Below are positions 55,940 to 64,000 of a stretch of 64,000 nucleotides of DNA, one piece after another. Positions within the stretch are counted from its first letter, which is position 1. Each line of letters starts with the position of its first letter. The notes below the pieces were generated by a model. It ran no database searches and was not told where the DNA came from. It saw nothing but the letters and a program-made list of their open reading frames with translations. The stretch covers positions 29,871 to 93,870 of the forward strand of contig CACXMS010000002.1 in NCBI GenBank assembly GCA_902768795.1, given 5' to 3'. The DNA is from an uncultured Eubacteriales bacterium. GTDB taxonomy: Bacteria; Bacillota; Clostridia; Christensenellales; CAG-138. The position numbers were made by a program, and so were the translations under genes.

Positions 55940-57262
55940 ATGGAAGAATTGAAACAGCTTTGGGAGGATACGCGCGAATACATCCGCGCGCAGATTCCCG
56001 AACTCAGTTATCATAAATGGATCGAACCGCTCGTTCCCTTAACGGTCGATCACGGCGTCCTCGTCATCGAAGCGCCCGATGAAATTACGAAATCAACCGT
56101 TGCAAAGTTCTATTTCGAGTATGTGCGCCGCGGCGCGCAGAAGGCGGATCCTTCCCTGTTCAACGCAATGATGATTCTTCCCTCCCAGCGCGAAGGGTTT
56201 CTTCACAGTACCGCCGAAACACGGGAAAAGCCGCTTTTGAACCTGAATCCGAACTATACGTTCAGCACGTTCGTCGTCGGCAAATCGAACAATTTCGCGC
56301 ACGCCGCCGCGCTCGCCGTCGCGGACGAGCCCGGAACCGCGTACAATCCGCTGTTCATCTACGGCGGCGTCGGTCTCGGCAAAACGCACCTGATGCACGC
56401 GATCGGCCACGCGATGCTCGAACGCAATCCCTCCGCGCGGATCGTTTACGTCACCAGCGAAATGTTCACCAACGATCTGATCGAAGCGCTGCGCGCCGGC
56501 AAAAACGTCGAATTCCGCCAAAAATACCGTAACGTCGAGCTGCTGATGATCGACGACGTGCAGTTCATCGCCGGAAAGGCGTCCGTGCAGGAGGAATTCT
56601 TCAATACGTTCAACACGCTGCACAATCTCGGAAAGCAGATTGTGATTTCGTCCGACCGACCGCCGAAAGAAATCAAACCGCTTGAGGAGCGTCTTTCGTC
56701 CCGCTTCGAATGGGGACTCGTTGCGGATATCCAGCCGCCGGATCGGGAAACCAGAATTGCGATTTTGAAAAACCGCGCGCAGATCGAGCATGTCGACGTC
56801 GGAGAGGACGTAATCCTGTTCATCGCGGAGCGGGTCGTCAACAACATCCGGCAGCTCGAAGGCAGTTTGCGCCGCGTGATCGCATATTCGCGCCTGAAAA
56901 ACGTACCGATTACGCTCGGGCTCGCGCAGGAAGCGCTGAAGGATCTTTTGCCGGAGGAAACCGCGATCGCAATTACGCCGGAGCGGATCAAGGAAACCGT
57001 CGCTTCCTATTATTCTCTGTCTGTGGAAAATCTGATGTCGCAGCGGCGCGATAAAGAAATCGTACTGCCGCGGCAGGTGGCGATGTATCTGTGCCACACG
57101 CAGTTGAATCTTCCCTATAAGCGAATCGCGCAGCTTTTTGACCGCGGCGATCATACGACGGCGATTTCCGCCTGCAAGAAGATCGGTTCGATGGTTGAAA
57201 CGGATTATTCGTTCCGGGAGGAAATCAAGAACATCGAAAAGCGTCTTTCGACGAATTCGTAA
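55940..57262 (+). CDS. dnaA: Chromosomal replication initiator protein DnaA
   Basis: GGVGLGKTHLMHAIG Walker A, LMIDDVQF, the SDRPP sensor region, and a C-terminal DNA-binding helix ...DHTTAISACKKI. ATG at 55940. Confidence 0.97.
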   Translation: MEELKQLWEDTREYIRAQIPELSYHKWIEPLVPLTVDHGVLVIEAPDEITKSTVAKFYFEYVRRGAQKADPSLFNAMMILPSQREGFLHSTAETREKPLLNLNPNYTFSTFVVGKSNNFAHAAALAVADEPGTAYNPLFIYGGVGLGKTHLMHAIGHAMLERNPSARIVYVTSEMFTNDLIEALRAGKNVEFRQKYRNVELLMIDDVQFIAGKASVQEEFFNTFNTLHNLGKQIVISSDRPPKEIKPLEERLSSRFEWGLVADIQPPDRETRIAILKNRAQIEHVDVGEDVILFIAERVVNNIRQLEGSLRRVIAYSRLKNVPITLGLAQEALKDLLPEETAIAITPERIKETVASYYSLSVENLMSQRRDKEIVLPRQVAMYLCHTQLNLPYKRIAQLFDRGDHTTAISACKKIGSMVETDYSFREEIKNIEKRLSTNS

Positions 57263-57500
57263 CCGTTTTTTATCCACTTTTTGTGGATTTGAAAAGTGGA
57301 TAAAATGAGGAAAAGCGGGACAAAAAGGATAACGTGGAAAAACACCGTTCTTTTCCACACCAGACTGTTCGGGATTTCCACGCCAAAACCGCCGGCTTTG
57401 CGGAAAAAACCGGGGTTATCAACGGTATCCACGCCCCTACTGTTACTGCTGCTTGAAACAATGATCAATTACGCCCCGTTTTGGGGACGGACGGAAAGGA
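57263..57500. other. oriC: DnaA-box cluster in the dnaA-dnaN intergenic region
   Basis: Eight boxes with 2 or fewer mismatches to TTATCCACA: 57270-78 TTATCCACT; 57282-90 (rc AAATCCACA); 57295-303 (rc TTATCCACT); 57333-41 (rc TTTTCCACG); 57351-59 TTTTCCACA; 57374-82 ATTTCCACG; 57416-24 TTATCAACG; 57425-33 GTATCCACG. Confidence 0.85.
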
Positions 57501-57506
57501 ATGTGT

Positions 57507-58601
57507 ATGAATTTTTTACTGGATGTCAATGAACTGCAAAACGGCGTTTTCTCCGTGATTAAGGCGCTGCCGGTCCGCTCCGCGATGCCGGTGCTGGACG
57601 GCATTCTGATCGAGGCGAAAAAAGAAGGAATCCATCTTGCCTGTTCCGATCTGATGTTCCAAAAGGAATGTACGCTCGACGCCGCGGTCAATGAGGAAGG
57701 CGCCTGCGTCGTCAAGGGCAAATTTTTCGCGGAGGTGCTCAGAAAGCTTCCGTCCGGTTCGGTTGAATTCACGCTCGAGGGACAGGTTCTGAATCTTCGC
57801 TGCGGACGCATCCGCCAGCGCGTGCAGTGCATCGAGTACGACGAATTCCCGCTGATGAAGGCAAAGGGAGAGCAGTACGATCTGGTCATTAAAAAAGAGC
57901 CGTTCAAAAACATGATCGATCATACGGTGTTCGCCGTGTCGCAGGACGATTCCCGGCCGATTCTGACGGGCGTTCTGCTCGAAGCGGCAAACGACGTTCT
58001 TTCGCTGGTTGCGACGGACTCGTTCCAGTTTGCAATGACCTCCTATCGGTTCGACCGGGAAATCGAGAAGCGGTTCACGATCGTGCAGGGAAAGGTTCTC
58101 TCCGAGATCGGCAAGATGGCCGAAGAAGCGGAGGAGAACGTAACCGTTACGCTGACGCCGACGCATATCACCGTTCAGGTCGGCGTTTCCCGCCTGACCG
58201 CGCGCCTGCTCGACGGAAATTACATCGATTATAAGCGCATCATTCCGAAGGAATGCAAAACGCGCGTGCTTGCGGACGTTTCGCTGCTCACGGAAATGAT
58301 CGAGCGCGCGCAGCTGATTTCCCGCGAGGGAAACAACAGCATCCGCTTCAATTTTGAGGACAACACGATGCAGATCCGCGCCGAAAGCTATCTCGGCCGC
58401 GTCGAGGATGAAGCAGAAGTGCAGATTGTCGGCGATCCGATCGAAATTGCTTTCAATCCAAAATATTTTATCAATGTATTAAAAAATATCACGGACGAAA
58501 AGGTCTATCTCGAATTCAACAGCGCGATCAGCCCGTGCGTCATCCGTCCGGTGCAGGGAGATTCGTATCTCTATCTGATCGTCCCGATGCGCGTGTATTA
58601 A
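57507..58601 (+). CDS. dnaN: DNA polymerase III beta sliding clamp
   Basis: Three-domain clamp pattern, about 364 aa, ending ...YLYLIVPMRV. The start is ATG 57507 (SD GGAAAGGA) or ATG 57501. Confidence 0.95.
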   Translation: MNFLLDVNELQNGVFSVIKALPVRSAMPVLDGILIEAKKEGIHLACSDLMFQKECTLDAAVNEEGACVVKGKFFAEVLRKLPSGSVEFTLEGQVLNLRCGRIRQRVQCIEYDEFPLMKAKGEQYDLVIKKEPFKNMIDHTVFAVSQDDSRPILTGVLLEAANDVLSLVATDSFQFAMTSYRFDREIEKRFTIVQGKVLSEIGKMAEEAEENVTVTLTPTHITVQVGVSRLTARLLDGNYIDYKRIIPKECKTRVLADVSLLTEMIERAQLISREGNNSIRFNFEDNTMQIRAESYLGRVEDEAEVQIVGDPIEIAFNPKYFINVLKNITDEKVYLEFNSAISPCVIRPVQGDSYLYLIVPMRVY

Positions 58602-58649
58602 GAAACCCTGTCCGACTTTGACCGCACGGCGGATTTTCGGATCACTTTT

Positions 58650-58679
58650 CCCCTTCCCGTTTTCGGAAGGGGTATTTTT
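58650..58679 (+). terminator. Intrinsic terminator after dnaN
   Basis: CCCCTTCC (58650-58657) pairs with GGAAGGGG (58665-58672). TATTTTT follows. Confidence 0.75.
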
Positions 58680-58691
58680 CTGAAAATAAAG

Positions 58692-58720
58692 TTGTGAAGC
58701 GCGAAAAAATGTGCTATACT
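58692..58720 (+). promoter_or_regulatory. Sigma-70-type promoter for dnaX-ybaB-recR
   Basis: TTGTGA (58692-58697), 17-nt spacer ending in TGc, TATACT (58715-58720). Confidence 0.55.
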
Positions 58721-58746
58721 GAAAAGACAGCAATAAGAGGGATTCC

Positions 58747-60402
58747 ATGAGCAAAAGAGCATTGTATCGAGAATATCGGCCGAACGATTTTTCCGAGGTC
58801 ATCGGGCAGGATCATATCACGACGATCCTGAAAAACCAGGTGCGGGAACATAATTTTTCCCACGCTTATCTGTTCTGCGGATCGCGCGGAACCGGAAAGA
58901 CGAGCTCGGCGAAGATTCTTGCGCGCGCGGTGAACTGCACGGATCCGAAAAACGGCGAACCGTGCGGAAAATGCGAAGCGTGCCGGATCGCAAAGGAAGG
59001 AACCGCCGATATCATCGAGATCGACGCGGCATCCAACAACGGCGTCGACAATGTGCGCGAGCTGATCGATCAGGCGCAGTTCGCCCCGCTGCAGCTTAAA
59101 TATCGCGTATTCATCATCGATGAGGTTCACATGCTTTCGACCGCGGCTTTCAACGCGCTTTTGAAAACGCTTGAGGAACCGCCGAAGCACGTTATCTTCA
59201 TTTTGGCAACGACCGAGCCGCAAAAACTCCCGGCGACGATCATTTCCCGCTGTCAGAGATTCGATTTTCACCGTCTTACGATCGCGCATATCATTGCGCG
59301 GCTGCAGACGGTCTTGAAGGAGATCGGCGCTTCAATCGAGCCGGACGGGCTTCGTCTGATCGCCCGCGCGGCGAACGGCGGCATGCGCGACGCGCTTTCC
59401 CTCGCGGATCAGTGCCTTTCGTTCTGCGGAAAAACGGTTACGAAGCAGGACGTTCTCGATACGCTCGGCAGCGTGGACCAGGAGATCCTGTTCGGAATGT
59501 CCGACGCGATTCAGGCCGGCGACGCGGCACAGTGTCTTTCCGTTCTGAATTCAGTCGTTCGGGACGGCCGCGATCTGACGGTTTTTACGGCGGATCTGAA
59601 CGCGCATTTTCGCGCGCTGATGGTTGCGAAAACCTGCGGGGAATGCGCGGATTTGCTGGACGTCACCGATGATCAGATGGATCGGTATCTGAAACAGGCA
59701 AAGAATTCCTCCGAAGAACAGATTCTGTATGCAATGGAAAAGCTGATCGCCGCGCAAAGCAATCTTCGCTATTATCCGGCGCCGCGTATTCTGCTGGAAT
59801 CGACGCTGGTTCGCATAGCAAGGCCCGTCGACGAACACAGCGTCGAAGCGCTCGAAGCAAGGATTGCCATGCTCGAAAAAAACGGCGTGAAAGCGGCAAA
59901 ACCCGATCCGAAGCCCGATGAAGCGGAACCTCCGGTTTTGGAAGCGCCGCCCGAGGAGCTTCCGCCCTGGGAGGAGCAGGAGCGTCAGCCGGCTTTGAAA
60001 AAGCAGCCGGAAAGGAAGCCGGTTGAAAAATCGGCTTTGCCGGAAAGAAAAGCCGGGCCGTCCGAATCCGTGAAAAAGGAAGAAATAAAGGAAGATTCTT
60101 CGCAGGTTCTCTGGAACAGAACGCTCGAGCAGATCAAAAAGAAAAATCCGATCGTTTATATGCTCGCGTCTATGGGAAAAGGAACGTCGGTTCAGGGCGA
60201 AACGCTGATTGTGGAATTTCCGACGAACGCCGAGTCAAAAATGACGATGCTCGGCGCTTCGATGAATATCGCCATCGTCAATGCGTGTCTGAACGAGGTG
60301 AAATCCGGCATGAATGTAGCGCTGCGTTCGGAAAAACTCAACGAGCAGGAAAAAAAGCTCAAGGAACTGTTCGGAGAAGCGTTAACAATCGAAGAACCGT
60401 AA
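58747..60402 (+). CDS. dnaX: DNA polymerase III subunit gamma/tau
   Basis: FCGSRGTGKTS Walker A, zinc module CGKCEACRIAKEG, IIDEVHMLS, SRCQRFDF. Confidence 0.95.
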   Translation: MSKRALYREYRPNDFSEVIGQDHITTILKNQVREHNFSHAYLFCGSRGTGKTSSAKILARAVNCTDPKNGEPCGKCEACRIAKEGTADIIEIDAASNNGVDNVRELIDQAQFAPLQLKYRVFIIDEVHMLSTAAFNALLKTLEEPPKHVIFILATTEPQKLPATIISRCQRFDFHRLTIAHIIARLQTVLKEIGASIEPDGLRLIARAANGGMRDALSLADQCLSFCGKTVTKQDVLDTLGSVDQEILFGMSDAIQAGDAAQCLSVLNSVVRDGRDLTVFTADLNAHFRALMVAKTCGECADLLDVTDDQMDRYLKQAKNSSEEQILYAMEKLIAAQSNLRYYPAPRILLESTLVRIARPVDEHSVEALEARIAMLEKNGVKAAKPDPKPDEAEPPVLEAPPEELPPWEEQERQPALKKQPERKPVEKSALPERKAGPSESVKKEEIKEDSSQVLWNRTLEQIKKKNPIVYMLASMGKGTSVQGETLIVEFPTNAESKMTMLGASMNIAIVNACLNEVKSGMNVALRSEKLNEQEKKLKELFGEALTIEEP

Positions 60403-60440
60403 ATAATTTGATTATTTGAACGAAAAAAGGAGTAAGAAAA

Positions 60441-60773
60441 ATGGCAAGAGGCGGATTCCCGATGGGCGGCGGCAATATGCAGCAGTTGATGCGGCAGGCG
60501 CAGAAGATGCAGCAGGACATGCAGAAAAAGCAGGCGGAGCTGAACGAAGCGACGTTCACGGCGCAGGCCGGCGGCGGCATGGTCACCGTTACGGTGTATG
60601 GCACGAAGGAACTGAAATCGATCGAACTGAAGCCCGAGATTGTCGATCCCGACGATGTGGAGATGCTGCAGGATCTGATCGTTGCCGGCGTCAACGCGGC
60701 GATCAAAGAAGCGAGCGAAACCGTCGAGCGCGAAATGGGAAAACTGACGGGCGGAATGAATCTGGGATTCTGA
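60441..60773 (+). CDS. ybaB: YbaB/EbfC-family nucleoid-associated protein
   Basis: 110 aa: MQQLMRQAQKMQQDMQKKQAELNE...GGGMVTVTV.G...DPDDVEMLQDLIVAGVNAA. Confidence 0.93.
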   Translation: MARGGFPMGGGNMQQLMRQAQKMQQDMQKKQAELNEATFTAQAGGGMVTVTVYGTKELKSIELKPEIVDPDDVEMLQDLIVAGVNAAIKEASETVEREMGKLTGGMNLGF

Positions 60774-60775
60774 AA

Positions 60776-61369
60776 ATGGCGATTGCATCCATTGAAAAAA
60801 TGATTACGCAGCTTGCGCGGCTGCCGGGCGTCGGAAGAAAAACCGCGCAGCGGTATGCGTTCTTTCTGCTCGGCGTTCCGGAGGAACAGGCGCTTGAGCT
60901 TGCGGATGCGATCATCGGCGCGCGCAAGTCGGTTCATCCGTGTCCGGTTTGCGGCACTTATACCGATCTGGAAAAATGCGAGATCTGCGCCGATCCGAAA
61001 AGGACCGACGCGGTAATCTGTGTGGTCGGCGATCCGCGGGACGTTATGGCAATGGAAAAAACGCGCGAATTCACGGGACGGTATCATGTGCTGAACGGAT
61101 CGCTTTCCCCGATGAACGGCATCGGCCCGGCCGATCTAAAAATTAACGAGCTGATGCAGCGCTGCGAGGGCGGAACGGTCAAGGAAGTCATTCTTGCGAC
61201 AAATCCGGACGTCGAGGGGGAAGCGACGGCGGCGTACATTGCAAAGCTGCTTAAAGCAAAGGGCGTCACCGCAACGCGGATCGCGCACGGCGTTCCGATC
61301 GGCGGCAACCTGGAATACACCGATGAAGTGACGCTTGCAAAGGCGCTCGAAGGGCGCCGCGTGCTGTAA
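60776..61369 (+). CDS. recR: Recombination protein RecR
   Basis: LARLPGVGRKTAQRYAF (HhH), CPVCGTYTDLEKCEICAD zinc finger, and the Toprim region ICVVGDPRDVMAME. The ATG at 60776 is 2 nt after the ybaB stop. Confidence 0.95.
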   Translation: MAIASIEKMITQLARLPGVGRKTAQRYAFFLLGVPEEQALELADAIIGARKSVHPCPVCGTYTDLEKCEICADPKRTDAVICVVGDPRDVMAMEKTREFTGRYHVLNGSLSPMNGIGPADLKINELMQRCEGGTVKEVILATNPDVEGEATAAYIAKLLKAKGVTATRIAHGVPIGGNLEYTDEVTLAKALEGRRVL

Positions 61370-61378
61370 GGAGGAAAA

Positions 61379-62593
61379 ATGCGGTCTCCGATCCATGTCT
61401 GCTCTGAAGTCGGACGGTTGAAAAAGGTATTGCTGCACCGACCCGGCCGGGAGCTTGAAAACCTGATGCCGGATTATCTGGCGCGCCAGTTGTTTGACGA
61501 CATTCCGTATCTGGTTACGGCGCAGCAGGAGCATGACGCATTTGCGAAAACGCTGACCGAATGCGGCGTGGAGGTTCTGTATCTGGAACAGCTTCTTTTT
61601 GAAGCGATCGAGGCCGGCAACGCGCGTGAGGAGTTGATTTGGGAATATCTGCACGAAGCGAACATTCAGGCCGAGCATACGGCCCGCGCGGTATCCGAAT
61701 TTCTTTCTTCGCTTCCGCTCGATCAGCTTATTTCCACAATGTCCCGCGGCGTTCGCAAGACGGATCTTCCCGCGAGCGAAAAACGGAATTTAATTGACTA
61801 TATCGACGAATCCTATCCCTTCTGCGTCGATCCGATGCCGAATCTGTACTTTACGCGCGATCCGTTTTCCTGCATGGATCGCGGGGTTATGATTTCCACG
61901 ATGGCGAACGTCGTTCGCGCGCGGGAAACGCTGCTTTACAAATACATTTTCAAATATCATCCTGTTTATAAATGGGTCAGAAAATTCCATGAGCGCACGG
62001 ACGTCCATTCGATCGAGGGCGGCGACTGTCTCGTTCTGTCGGAGAATACGCTCTGCATCGGCATTTCCCAGCGAACGACGCCGCAGGCGATCGAGCTGAT
62101 GGCAAACCGTCTGATCGGCCCGCATTCGTCCTTTTCGCGCGTGATTGCGGTCGATATTCCGAAGTCCCGCGCATTCATGCACCTCGATACCGTTATGACG
62201 ATGGTCGACCGCGATACGTTCGTCGTACATCCGAATATTTTAAAATTGCTTCGCTGTTTTACGCTGACCAAACAGGACAACCGCCTGCAGATCTGCGAGG
62301 AAAAGCGCCCGATCACCGAGATATTCGGGGACGCGCTCGGCTGTGAGCGGGTGCGGTTTATCGAATGCGGCGGCGCGAGCATGATCGACGCGGCGCGCGA
62401 ACAATGGAACGACGGCGCGAATACGCTGTGCGTCGCGCCCGGCGAGGTCGTCACCTACATGCGAAATTACGTGACGAACCGCATCCTGCGCGACAACGGG
62501 ATCACGGTGCACGAGGTTCCGTCCGCGGAGCTTTCCCGAGGACGCGGCGGCCCGCGCTGCATGAGCATGCCTTTCTTACGCGAAACGCTGTAA
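61379..62593 (+). CDS. arcA: Arginine deiminase
   Basis: 404 aa: SEVGRLKKVLLHRPG..., MPNLYFTRDP, catalytic C-terminus GGPRCMSMP. Confidence 0.9.
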   Translation: MRSPIHVCSEVGRLKKVLLHRPGRELENLMPDYLARQLFDDIPYLVTAQQEHDAFAKTLTECGVEVLYLEQLLFEAIEAGNAREELIWEYLHEANIQAEHTARAVSEFLSSLPLDQLISTMSRGVRKTDLPASEKRNLIDYIDESYPFCVDPMPNLYFTRDPFSCMDRGVMISTMANVVRARETLLYKYIFKYHPVYKWVRKFHERTDVHSIEGGDCLVLSENTLCIGISQRTTPQAIELMANRLIGPHSSFSRVIAVDIPKSRAFMHLDTVMTMVDRDTFVVHPNILKLLRCFTLTKQDNRLQICEEKRPITEIFGDALGCERVRFIECGGASMIDAAREQWNDGANTLCVAPGEVVTYMRNYVTNRILRDNGITVHEVPSAELSRGRGGPRCMSMPFLRETL

Positions 62594-62613
62594 AAAACAG
62601 CAATGAAGATGAT

Positions 62614-62629
62614 TGTTTCACGTGAAACA
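62614..62629. promoter_or_regulatory. parS site (ParB/Spo0J binding site), palindromic consensus
   Basis: TGTTTCACGTGAAACA, a perfect 16-bp palindrome that matches the Firmicute parS consensus TGTTNCACGTGAAACA. Confidence 0.85.
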
Positions 62630-62683
62630 CGCTGAGTCAGAATGACAAGAAGAGGTCCGGACCCCTTATGGACATTCTGAAAA

Positions 62684-62699
62684 TGTTCCACGTGAAACA
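62684..62699. promoter_or_regulatory. Second parS site, abutting the parA promoter -35
   Basis: TGTTCCACGTGAAACA, identical to the B. subtilis-type parS consensus. Confidence 0.85.
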
Positions 62700-62728
62700 T
62701 TGTGTTTTGGACGCATCCATGGTAGAAT
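62700..62728 (+). promoter_or_regulatory. Candidate parA-parB promoter
   Basis: TTGTGT (62700-62705), 17-nt spacer, TAGAAT (62723-62728). The -35 begins the base after parS-2. Confidence 0.45.
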
Positions 62729-62755
62729 GGTAGCGGCTTTGGAAAGGAAACGGAT

Positions 62756-63523
62756 ATGACGAAAATCATTTCGATTACAAATCAGAAGGGCGGCGTCGGT
62801 AAAACGACGACGGCGATCAATCTTTCGGCGGCGCTCGCAAAAAAAGGAAGCCGCGTGCTTCTGATCGACCTGGATTCGCAGGGCAACGCGACGAGCGGAC
62901 TCGGAATCGCGCGCAAAAAGGAGATGCTTTCGAGCTGCGACGTTCTGCTCGGGAACGCCGCGCTGCAGGACGCCGTACAAAAAACGATGATCGAAACGCT
63001 TTCCGTGCTGCCGTCCAATCTGCGGCTTGCCGGCGCGGAGGTTGAGCTTGTCGAAGCGGAGGATCGGGAGCATCGGTTGAAGCAGGCGCTGAGGGGAGCC
63101 GTCGATCCGTACGATTTCGTTCTGATCGACTGTCCGCCGTCGCTCGGATTGGTTACGCTGAACGCGCTGACCGCGTCGGACGCGATTCTCGTGCCGATCC
63201 AATGTGAATATTTCGCGCTCGAGGGGCTTTCGCAACTGATGAATACGGTGAAGATCGTGCGGCGTACGCTGAATCCGCAGCTGGATATTCAGGGCGTCGT
63301 GCTGACGATGTTTTCGGGACGGATGAACCTGTGCGTGCAGGTCGTCGAGGAAGTACGCCGGTATTTCAGGCAGAAGGTTTACGATACGATCATTCCGCGG
63401 TCGATCCGCATGAGCGAAGCGCCGAGCCACGGACTGCCGATTTGCTTATATGATCCGCGCAACATCGGAACGAAGGCGTATGAAGCATTGGCGGATGAAT
63501 TTCTGAAACGGGAGGGCAGATAA
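62756..63523 (+). CDS. parA: ParA/Soj chromosome partitioning ATPase
   Basis: ISITNQKGGVGKTTTAINLSAALA (deviant Walker A), LIDCPPSLG. Confidence 0.93.
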   Translation: MTKIISITNQKGGVGKTTTAINLSAALAKKGSRVLLIDLDSQGNATSGLGIARKKEMLSSCDVLLGNAALQDAVQKTMIETLSVLPSNLRLAGAEVELVEAEDREHRLKQALRGAVDPYDFVLIDCPPSLGLVTLNALTASDAILVPIQCEYFALEGLSQLMNTVKIVRRTLNPQLDIQGVVLTMFSGRMNLCVQVVEEVRRYFRQKVYDTIIPRSIRMSEAPSHGLPICLYDPRNIGTKAYEALADEFLKREGR

Positions 63524-64000
63524 ATGGCGGTCAAAAAAGGACTCGGCAGAGGGTTGGACGCCCTTTTGGACGAACTCGATCTTGAGGAAAAAAGCGGCGG
63601 GCAGATCGAACAGGTCAGCTTGTATGATATCGACACGAATCCTGATCAGCCGCGCAAGACGTTCGATGAGGAAAAGCTGAAGGAGCTTGCTGCGTCGCTG
63701 AAGCGGCACGGCGTCGTGCAGCCGCTGATCGTCAAGCGAAACGGAATGCGGTACACAATCATCGCGGGCGAACGCCGTTTTCGGGCGGCGCGGCTTGCGG
63801 GACTTTCCACGGTGCCGGTGCTCGTGTCGGATCTGGACGAAAACGCGATCATGGAGGTCGCGCTTGTCGAAAACATTCAGCGCGAAAATCTGAATCCGAT
63901 TGAGGAAGCGGCGGCGATCCGGCTTTTGATGGAACAGCATGATCTGACGCAGGAAGAGGTTTCCGCGCGCATCGGCAAGAGCCGCCCGGCAATCGCAAAC
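63524..64000 (+). CDS. parB: ParB/Spo0J chromosome partitioning protein, N-terminal part. The 3' end lies outside the window.
   Basis: [74 protein letters not shown]. Confidence 0.92.
   Translation, partial: MAVKKGLGRGLDALLDELDLEEKSGGQIEQVSLYDIDTNPDQPRKTFDEEKLKELAASLKRHGVVQPLIVKRNGMRYTIIAGERRFRAARLAGLSTVPVLVSDLDENAIMEVALVENIQRENLNPIEEAAAIRLLMEQHDLTQEEVSARIGKSRPAIAN

Noticed and set aside
58602-58746. Possible SRP (4.5S/scRNA) gene, which often precedes dnaX in Firmicutes.
   Set aside because: The spacer is only 145 nt, and it is accounted for by the dnaN terminator and a dnaX promoter. I saw no SRP domain-IV-like conserved motif.
60416-60775. The long N-terminal extension of the recR ORF (listed as 60416-61369).
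   Set aside because: The extension overlaps all of ybaB in another frame and translates to an Arg/Gly-rich string. RecR homology starts at MAIASIEKMITQLARLPGVG (ATG 60776).

Overview
This is a high-GC, Clostridia-like chromosomal segment (taxonomy inferred from gene content and codon style only) that spans the replication origin. Most of it is ordinary core genome, and I did not find a convincing new multi-gene system such as a defence, toxin or CRISPR locus.

Gene content, left to right:
- a partial CotH-like gene, a TrmH-family methyltransferase and rpmB
- a phosphodiester-glycosidase gene with a divergent OmpR/histidine-kinase pair
- a type IIA topoisomerase B/A pair
- metG-tatD-prfB
- an ssnA-ygfK-molybdenum hydroxylase operon with a divergent PLP enzyme
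- a Zn-ribbon membrane protein and an XRE regulator
- two convergent K+ uptake systems (KtrBA-like and TrkAH)
- an S4-protein/ispDF pair, gdhA, an orphan sugar-ABC ATPase, a glycerate kinase and a nitroreductase
- two tRNA-Ser genes followed by a roughly 2.5 kb lower-GC islet that contains a lipoprotein gene and decayed gene remnants, one of them the tail of a serine recombinase
- HIT, flavodoxin-like oxidoreductase, M15 peptidase, MFS and nagA genes
- mnmG-rsmG, an LRR lipoprotein, and a GDPD/GH36/RCC1-phosphodiester-glycosidase operon
- dnaA, a DnaA-box cluster (oriC), dnaN, dnaX, ybaB, recR, arcA, two consensus parS sites, parA and a partial parB

The items most worth a second look:
- the origin architecture and the broken mnmG-rsmG//parAB synteny
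- the tRNA-Ser islet
- a family of nested-palindrome intergenic elements that share exact 15-16-mers
- the GDPD/GH36/RCC1-phosphodiester-glycosidase operon
- the FAD-subunit-less ssnA-ygfK-hydroxylase module

Many long ORFs in the supplied track are antisense artefacts of high GC. Several listed starts are non-ATG upstream extensions, so I have moved those starts where an ATG with a Shine-Dalgarno sequence supports it.
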